Source: Vibrio vulnificus CMCP6 (lineage in GTDB: Bacteria > Pseudomonadota > Gammaproteobacteria > Enterobacterales > Vibrionaceae). Taken from it: a DNA stretch of 32,000 bases. Where the stretch lies: contig NC_004459.3 in the NCBI RefSeq assembly GCF_000039765.1, forward strand, positions 3,226,104 through 3,258,103. Reading direction: 5' to 3'. Made by a program: the position numbers and the translations under genes. The stretch's first letter is position 1. Each line of letters starts with the position of its first letter. The notes under the pieces were generated by a model that saw only the letters and a list, made by a program, of their open reading frames with translations, was not told the DNA's origin and made no database searches. Shown here piece by piece: positions 21,165 through 27,703 of this stretch.

Positions 21165-22483
21165 GATGCCACTCCAAGCGGTGGGTGCTCAGAAATCAGT
21201 GACAATAAGGTCGACATTTTTTTATCCAGTTCACTCCATTCATGCTCTGCGATTGAGCCAGGAACAATGCCAGCTCCAGCGAACAAATGCAGTGAATCAT
21301 CCACAATCAAAGCGCTGCGTATTGCCACACAAAACTCCGCTTGTTCATGGCTAATGTAGCCAACAGAACCAGCATACCAGCCACGAGCGAAAGGTTCATT
21401 TTCAACAATAAACTGCATGGACTCTTGACGAGGCAATCCTGCAACCGCCGCGGTTGGTTGTAAAGCCGAGAGCAGTTGTACTCCATTGACTCCCGCCTTC
21501 AACTGCGCATGAATATTGCGCTTCAGATGCTGAACTTTACGCAGGCGCACTAAACGCGCTTCAGACTCAACCTCTACACTCGCAGCATGAGGTGTAAGGC
21601 GATCAACGATATCGTCAACCACATACTGGTTTTCATTCAGATTTTTGACATCCTGTGAAAGCCAACTGGCCAGTTCCATATCTTGCGTAGCGTTGTGGCC
21701 ACGACCAATGGTGCCCGCCAATGCTTCGGTATACAACTCTTGCCCTTGACGCAAGTAAAGTCTCTCTGGTGTTGAGCCGATGAAACTGTGTTTACTGTCG
21801 AGACTCAGCATAAAGTGAAAACTGTGGTGATTTTGCAGATAACTTGCCTTAAGCAACTGCGCCGCGCACAATGCGGAATCTAAATGCACAGTGGTTTTAC
21901 GTGCCAGAACGACCTTCTTAAACGCCTTAGCTTGTATGCCTTTCAGCACTTTACTCACCAAGTCACACCACCCCTCGCGCTCAGGTAAGTGTTCCACGCT
22001 CTGGATGTGTGCGGTGAGAGGTGCTAACGGTTTCGCCTCAGTCGTGAGTTTGCTCAACGTGTGCAGAATTCGGCTCTTATCACCATTTAGATTGACCGCC
22101 AACGACCACTTGTCGTCCAAACGGATCAGTTCAATCTGAGGTAAAAAGAAAAAAGAAGGCATACAACGGCGATTTTTCTCGCTGCTGCCATCGAATGATC
22201 GTCCTCCCCAAACACGTTGTCCGGGAGACAGTATGGTATAGGCCGGGCCTGGATCGACAAAGGTGTGCAATTGTCCTAACGCGACCACCTCTTCACGAGT
22301 ATCTCGTGACTGCCAATAAAATTTTGGAAAAACCGGCTGGGCTTCAAGCCAGTCAATGAACGTCAATGTAGGTTTTGTTGTTAAAAGCTCGACCAGACGA
22401 GTCTCGTCATCCTTGGCATTTTTGACACGTTCAATGAGATTGGTAATGGCTTGATGAAAATGTGACAAAACAACCTCGTACAT
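21161..22483 (-). CDS. menF: Isochorismate synthase MenF
   Basis: 440 aa. Chorismate-binding C-terminal domain (GTPERLY, ALAGT, RGWYAGSVGY, AGAGIV). It is the first gene of the men operon and has an ATGA overlap with menD. Confidence 0.88.
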   Translation of the reverse strand: MYEVVLSHFHQAITNLIERVKNAKDDETRLVELLTTKPTLTFIDWLEAQPVFPKFYWQSRDTREEVVALGQLHTFVDPGPAYTILSPGQRVWGGRSFDGSSEKNRRCMPSFFFLPQIELIRLDDKWSLAVNLNGDKSRILHTLSKLTTEAKPLAPLTAHIQSVEHLPEREGWCDLVSKVLKGIQAKAFKKVVLARKTTVHLDSALCAAQLLKASYLQNHHSFHFMLSLDSKHSFIGSTPERLYLRQGQELYTEALAGTIGRGHNATQDMELASWLSQDVKNLNENQYVVDDIVDRLTPHAASVEVESEARLVRLRKVQHLKRNIHAQLKAGVNGVQLLSALQPTAAVAGLPRQESMQFIVENEPFARGWYAGSVGYISHEQAEFCVAIRSALIVDDSLHLFAGAGIVPGSIAEHEWSELDKKMSTLLSLISEHPPLGVAS

Positions 22484-22714
22484 TAGAGGATAAAGAATTA
22501 CTGTCGCTACTCTATTGATAGACCCTGATCAAATCAAGGTTGTGTGCGATCTTTTGCAGAATCCTGTGATAACTGACGCCTCCCAACGAAGACGAGTCCT
22601 TCATCGAGATAGCGACACTGATCAAATTTCGACTTTTCTATAGATTTTTATTCTAAAAAATGTCAGTTTAGTATCCTTTAATAAAGAATTTTACGAATTT
22701 TCAGGAATTACACA

Positions 22715-23929
22715 ATGCAAAATATCGGGATGTCGTCAAAACTCGACAATGTCTGCTATGACATCAGGGGTCCTGTACTCAAACATGCTAAGCGCATGGA
22801 AGAAGAAGGGCATAAAATCCTTAAGCTAAATATTGGAAACCCCGCCCCATTTGGCTTTGACGCCCCTGATGAAATTCTGGTCGATGTGATTCGTAACTTG
22901 CCTACGTCGCAAGGTTACTGCGATTCAAAAGGCATCTACTCAGCACGTAAAGCCGTGGTACAGCACTACCAACGCAAAGGCATTCGTTCTCTCGATGTGG
23001 AAGATGTCTACGTGGGCAATGGCGTCTCTGAGCTGATCGTGATGGCCATGCAAGCACTGCTTAACAACGGTGACGAAATGCTGGTTCCAGCACCAGACTA
23101 CCCATTATGGACCGCTGCCGTGGCACTTTCGGGTGGTAAAGCGGTGCATTACCTCTGTGATGAGCAAGCAGACTGGTACCCTGATCTGGATGATATGCGC
23201 AAAAAAATCACGCCTAAGACTCGTGGTATTGTACTCATCAACCCAAATAACCCAACGGGTGCCGTCTACAGCCGCGATTTTCTACTGGAAGTGATCGAAA
23301 TCGCGCGTCAACACAAGCTGATGATTTTCGCCGATGAAATCTACGACAAGGTGTTGTACGACGGAGCGGTTCACACCTCAGTCGCGACCTTAACTGACGA
23401 TGTGCTGGTGATGACGTTTAACGGCCTATCAAAAGCCTATCGCGTATGTGGTTTCCGTGGTGGTTGGATGTTTATGACCGGACCAAAACATTTAGCGCAA
23501 GGCTATGTTAACGGTTTGGACATGCTGGCTTCGATGCGCCTGTGCGCCAACGTGCCAATGCAACACGCGATTCAAACTGCCTTGGGGGGCTATCAGAGCA
23601 TCAATGAATTGATCTTACCTGGCGGTCGTTTATTGGAGCAACGTGATCGCGCATGGGAGTTGATCAACCAAATCCCTGGCGTTTCATGTGTGAAACCAAA
23701 AGGCGCAATGTATCTGTTCCCTAAGATTGATACGAAAAAATACAGCATCAAAGATGACCAAAAGATGGTTTTTGATTTTCTCGTTCAAGAAAAAGTGTTG
23801 TTAGTGCAGGGTTCTGGATTCAACTGGCCAAAACCAGACCACTTCCGCATTGTCACTCTACCGCATATCGAAGATCTCGAAACCGCCATTGGCCGCTTTG
23901 AACGTTTCTTACATGGCTATAGCCAGTAG
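22715..23929 (+). CDS. alaA: Glutamate-pyruvate aminotransferase AlaA (YfbQ)
   Basis: 404 aa. Near-collinear identity with E. coli AlaA as I recall it (SSKLDNVCYDIRGPVL, LKLNIGNPAPFGFDAPDEILVDVIRNLP, NGLSKAYRVCGFR with the PLP lysine). It sits upstream of yfbR, as in E. coli. Confidence 0.92.
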   Translation: MQNIGMSSKLDNVCYDIRGPVLKHAKRMEEEGHKILKLNIGNPAPFGFDAPDEILVDVIRNLPTSQGYCDSKGIYSARKAVVQHYQRKGIRSLDVEDVYVGNGVSELIVMAMQALLNNGDEMLVPAPDYPLWTAAVALSGGKAVHYLCDEQADWYPDLDDMRKKITPKTRGIVLINPNNPTGAVYSRDFLLEVIEIARQHKLMIFADEIYDKVLYDGAVHTSVATLTDDVLVMTFNGLSKAYRVCGFRGGWMFMTGPKHLAQGYVNGLDMLASMRLCANVPMQHAIQTALGGYQSINELILPGGRLLEQRDRAWELINQIPGVSCVKPKGAMYLFPKIDTKKYSIKDDQKMVFDFLVQEKVLLVQGSGFNWPKPDHFRIVTLPHIEDLETAIGRFERFLHGYSQ

Positions 23930-23957
23930 TAATTATTGTTAAACTTTCATATGCTTA

Positions 23958-23985
23958 AAGGTGTTCCATAGGAACACCTTTTTTC
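23958..23985 (+). terminator. Rho-independent terminator after alaA
   Basis: AAGGTGTTCC / ATA / GGAACACCTT followed by TTTTT. Confidence 0.7.
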
Positions 23986-24009
23986 TAACTGCGTTTTGAG
24001 GTGACTATC

Positions 24010-24243
24010 GTGCAAGAAAGCCATTTTTTCGCTCATTTGGCTCGTATGAAGCTAATTCAACGCTGGCCATTAATGCGCTCTGTCTCCAGTGAGAATGTCT
24101 CTGAGCACAGTTTGCAGGTCGCCTTTGTTGCCCATGCTTTAGCGCTGATCAAAAACAAGAAGTTTGGTGGTCACATCAATGCAGAGCGGGTGGCCGTGTT
24201 GGCCATGTATCACGATAGTAGTGAGGTTTTGACTGGTGATTAG
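24010..24243 (+). pseudogene. yfbR: 5' fragment of yfbR (HD-domain 5'-deoxynucleotidase), truncated by an insertion
   Basis: The product (M)[22 protein letters not shown]...[15 protein letters not shown]...[13 protein letters not shown] aligns with residues 1 to about 78 of the 199-aa E. coli YfbR. It then hits a TAG at 24241-24243 supplied by the foreign DNA. The likely start is the GTG at 24010, with GAGG 9 nt upstream. The ORF track starts at 24001. Confidence 0.85.
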
Positions 24244-24284
24244 TTCGTTTTTCTAATATGAGTAAACCAGTGACTTAGTTCGTT
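24236..24284 (+). repeat. Direct repeat TTAGTTCGTT (x2, 35 bp apart) at the element terminus
   Basis: GTGATTAGTTCGTT at 24236-24249 spans the junction. GTGACTTAGTTCGTT lies at 24270-84. The exact 10-mer is at 24240-24249 and 24275-24284. Confidence 0.6.
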
Positions 24285-24326
24285 AATACACATAAGTTAC
24301 CATTAGACTATTGTAAGGATATTCAG

Positions 24327-24926
24327 TTGAAAAAATCACAAAGTACATTCATGGCATGGGTGACACGTATGCCATTAATAAAACGCTGGGCATTAATGCA
24401 CTGCTTTCAAGAAGAAAATGTTTCAGAACATTCTCATCAGGTTGCGGTAATAGCTCACTTATTAACTGTCATTAAAAACAAACGATATGGCGGTAACTTA
24501 AATCCAGAAAAAGCTGCAGTTACCGCCATTTATCATGAAATATCAGAAACAAAACTTCAGGATATAAATTCAAAAACCAAGTACCACAGCCCTGAATTTA
24601 CAGCAGCATTTAAAAAACTTGAAGATATTGCAGAAAAAGAATGTTTAGAAACATTACCAGAGGATTTACGTAATGAGTTCTCAGATTTACTTGTTCAAAA
24701 AAATGTAGACGCTGAATATAAAGCGATTGTAAAAGCAGCAGATATTCTATCAGCTTATATAAAGACTCTAAACGAACTTCGATTTAACAATGATGAATTT
24801 TTACATGTCAAAAAAGGACTTGATCCAAAAATTAAAAGACTTATTACTGAAATGCCTGAAGTAAAAGATTTTATGGATGTATTTTGTGATAGTTGCACTA
24901 CTACGTTTGACAAAATATCAGGATAA
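24327..24926 (+). CDS. Element-encoded full-length YfbR-like HD-domain nucleotidase paralog
   Basis: 199 aa with a TTG start and an AAGGA Shine-Dalgarno 7 nt upstream. It is collinear with YfbR over its whole length (MPLIKRWALM, ENVSEHSHQVA, YGGNLNPEKAAV, KAADILSAYIK, ELRFNNDEF). It is strongly diverged from the host fragment and has AT-rich codon usage. Confidence 0.8.
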   Translation: MKKSQSTFMAWVTRMPLIKRWALMHCFQEENVSEHSHQVAVIAHLLTVIKNKRYGGNLNPEKAAVTAIYHEISETKLQDINSKTKYHSPEFTAAFKKLEDIAEKECLETLPEDLRNEFSDLLVQKNVDAEYKAIVKAADILSAYIKTLNELRFNNDEFLHVKKGLDPKIKRLITEMPEVKDFMDVFCDSCTTTFDKISG

Positions 24927-25244
24927 ATAATACCTCTCGGTATCTATAGAGTTTTAAAAAAAAGCAGAATCTGTAATCACGCATAACTTCATCACACATG
25001 CGTTATCAATATGAGTAACGTATGTAAAATGTGTTTTAACTCAAACTTTTACATAAAATCAACACATCAAAATTTACATACAACGCCAAGTTTGGTAACG
25101 TAAAATTGTAAAGGTTATCGTCACCTAGCCCGACTCAAGGCAAAGACGATAGTTTTGAATAGACAAAGTAATCACTTTTCAGTGGCATTTTGCATGAGAG
25201 TCGCATAGCAAACTTCAATGCTGCACTACGACCAAGGTGAAACT

Positions 25245-25829
25245 ATGTCTAAAAACCATTCATTACCTCAAATTTCTCCATCCGACATCTTTAAGTTAAA
25301 AGCAAAACAATTTTCATTGTTAATAACCAAAATATCAGGTTTTAGTAATATACCGTCAAAAAAAAGGTATGATTGGTTAGCTCATGCTCTAGGTTATAAA
25401 GACCACAATGATTTATTACACTCTAATTATCTTAGAAGAATTACTGATAACCGTAATATCCTAAATATTTTTAGTAATAAAAAACAACGAGAAGACATAA
25501 TTAATATTTTCTGCTCTAACCTTCCTGACGTATCAAAGAAACATATAAGTGATGCTACTATTTTAATGGCTATTATAGAAAAGCCAGAATATAAAAAGTT
25601 ACTATTTTCACTAATACATAGTGGAATTAGATACCCCTCAATTTCTGGGTTAATTACACCTAAAAATAATAAAATAATCACATATAAATTAAACATCCCA
25701 AGAATAAAATCAGCACACCAAAGCCTACCAAATAACACCATCAACAAAAACCATATATTTTCGTTTTCAAAATTTCGTGAAGATTATGTTAAAAACACAT
25801 TATCAGAAAACTTAACGACAAATAAATGA
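25245..25829 (+). CDS. Hypothetical protein, lead gene of the recombinase operon
   Basis: The ORF track starts at 25218. The ATG at 25245 has an AAGGTGA Shine-Dalgarno. The stop overlaps the next start (ATGA at 25826-25829). No family recognised. Confidence 0.5.
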   Translation: MSKNHSLPQISPSDIFKLKAKQFSLLITKISGFSNIPSKKRYDWLAHALGYKDHNDLLHSNYLRRITDNRNILNIFSNKKQREDIINIFCSNLPDVSKKHISDATILMAIIEKPEYKKLLFSLIHSGIRYPSISGLITPKNNKIITYKLNIPRIKSAHQSLPNNTINKNHIFSFSKFREDYVKNTLSENLTTNK

Positions 25830-27703
25830 AATATAGATTTGGTGAAATGGGAAATAAAAAAGTATCTATCGGAAACTTATCCGCAAAAATAATAAGTGGG
25901 AAAAACATAAGTATCGGTGATAAAAGTGCACTTGGTGAATTAATTAAATATTTAAAAAAAGAGAATAAAAGTAAATTAATAACAACCAACTTTGATGATG
26001 TTGAATTTCTTAAATTTCTGAAATATTTATCTACGATTAAAACGACAAAACGCCGATATCAAATTTCTGTTGCAGTAAGACGCCTTATTGCTGAAGAATT
26101 TCACAACGGAGTTGTTTTCACTATATCACCCGACGAATGGCCTGTTCCGGAAAAACCGAGACCAACGCATTTTCAACCACTAAGCTCAGAACAAATAGTC
26201 AAATTGGAAGAATTTCTAAGAGAAGAAATTGACGTTGCTTATAAGAAAGATGAAATTTTTCAGAGTGCCCGAAAATCAGGAGTGGTTAGCAACAAAATCG
26301 GCATCGACTTTTGGCACCGAGCTAACCCAGATCCAGCGTTACCTAGATTTACTGACTGGCATGAAAGCCTAAAAAATGCCATTGCTACAATATATTCTAT
26401 TCATCCAAATTTTCCTAATAATGCATCAAATGAAGATTTGGCAGAAAATGGAAAATTTTATATTCCCAAAGACCTTACATATACAAATCTTACAACAACA
26501 TTTAAAACCCTCGCAAAGAGAATGGTCATGCAAAACATTCCTGGGTACACTTCATTTGTATTAGAAGCCCCAGAACTAACATATACAAAATTAATATCAT
26601 ATATCTACCCGGATTTACGTGAACTGATCGCTATTAAAATAGCGATTTGCTTCGAAACTGGTTGGTCACCCGATATCACCGAACGAATAGATCCAGATGA
26701 TTATATTTATGACCCAATTCCTATGGAAAATGACTGGGTATTTATTAAATCAACAAAAGCAAAGGGAGCTTCTGTAAATAAGAAAACAAGACTTCGCGAA
26801 CAGAGATTGATGATTCATCCTAGTTCAAAAACTGATAAATACAGTGCGTATAATTTAATAAAATTACTAGTAAAAAGAACTTCAACATTACGAAAAGGAC
26901 ATTTATACGAGAAAGCAACTACAGATCTTGACGTTCACCCTGCATTCATAAGTTTAGTAGTAAATGCTGGTCTAAAATTTGTAGCGCATTACCCATGCCG
27001 TAAAGGTGTTAATAGAAGTTCAAGTAGCAAGTTCATTGAAAAAAGTATTGGGTATAAGTTGGATCTAAGACGACTCAGGCCAACTCGATTGTATCTAAAT
27101 GAAAAAGAAAAAAAGCTGCCGCTATTGCTTCAAGTCGCGCTATTTGGGCACTCAACATCTGCAATTACTGACGAGGTTTATAAAGACAACTCCCACTTCC
27201 AACAGCTAAGAAATGACAAACTAGCAATGGAATTAGATAGTATATTCGACAGTATTCGTGATGGTTCTTTCAAAGGAAAACTAGTTCCATTAAAACAAAG
27301 AACATGTATCAAAAAAAAGATAATAAATATCTATACAAACCACAATGGCGAGTCACCATTAGCAATCTGTAATAACCCATACTACCCCACCTGGCACTTG
27401 TCTGATGGTGGACAAATTCCCAGATCAAATAAACCATGCAAACAATTTAACAAATGTCTTACGTGTCAACAATCATCCGTTACCAGTGACAACATTCCAT
27501 TTGTAGTAGATAGATTCCTCTATTTAGATCAGAAACGACGCTCAATGCGAAGTGACCAGTTTGATTGCATGTATAGGGAAGAATATGAAGCAGCAAAAGA
27601 AGTCATCGAATCATGGCCTTATCAAGAAGATATTCAAGAAGCTGAGTTGAGAAACGCTGTTGATGGATACCTACTTCCACCTATTATTTCAGAGAGTAAC
27701 TAA
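25826..27703 (+). CDS. Large (625 aa) tyrosine-recombinase-fold protein with an apparently incomplete catalytic set
   Basis: Box II-like LRRLRPTRLY and LFGHSTSAITDEVYKD (His and the candidate Tyr nucleophile) are present. The box I position reads FETGWSPDI, with Ser where the TGxR arginine is expected. A C-terminal extension of about 170 aa carries a Cys cluster. Confidence 0.65.
   Translation: MKYRFGEMGNKKVSIGNLSAKIISGKNISIGDKSALGELIKYLKKENKSKLITTNFDDVEFLKFLKYLSTIKTTKRRYQISVAVRRLIAEEFHNGVVFTISPDEWPVPEKPRPTHFQPLSSEQIVKLEEFLREEIDVAYKKDEIFQSARKSGVVSNKIGIDFWHRANPDPALPRFTDWHESLKNAIATIYSIHPNFPNNASNEDLAENGKFYIPKDLTYTNLTTTFKTLAKRMVMQNIPGYTSFVLEAPELTYTKLISYIYPDLRELIAIKIAICFETGWSPDITERIDPDDYIYDPIPMENDWVFIKSTKAKGASVNKKTRLREQRLMIHPSSKTDKYSAYNLIKLLVKRTSTLRKGHLYEKATTDLDVHPAFISLVVNAGLKFVAHYPCRKGVNRSSSSKFIEKSIGYKLDLRRLRPTRLYLNEKEKKLPLLLQVALFGHSTSAITDEVYKDNSHFQQLRNDKLAMELDSIFDSIRDGSFKGKLVPLKQRTCIKKKIINIYTNHNGESPLAICNNPYYPTWHLSDGGQIPRSNKPCKQFNKCLTCQQSSVTSDNIPFVVDRFLYLDQKRRSMRSDQFDCMYREEYEAAKEVIESWPYQEDIQEAELRNAVDGYLLPPIISESN

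Noticed and set aside
15720-22139. Overlapping or antisense ORFs within the men genes (for example 20708-21166, 20809-21153, 17076-17423)
   Set aside because: All are nested in men genes that have strong homology. The GC-rich antisense frames simply stay open by chance.
24229-24259. Possible hybrid promoter across the junction: TTGACT (host) and TAATAT (element)
   Set aside because: The spacer is 19 nt, too long for a good sigma70 promoter. Read-through from the native yfbR promoter is a simpler explanation.
24979-25006. Apparent inverted repeat ACGCAT...ATGCGT downstream of the element's yfbR copy, as a possible terminator
   Set aside because: Only 6 bp pair, the loop is about 12 nt and no U-tract follows. 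This is too weak to call.
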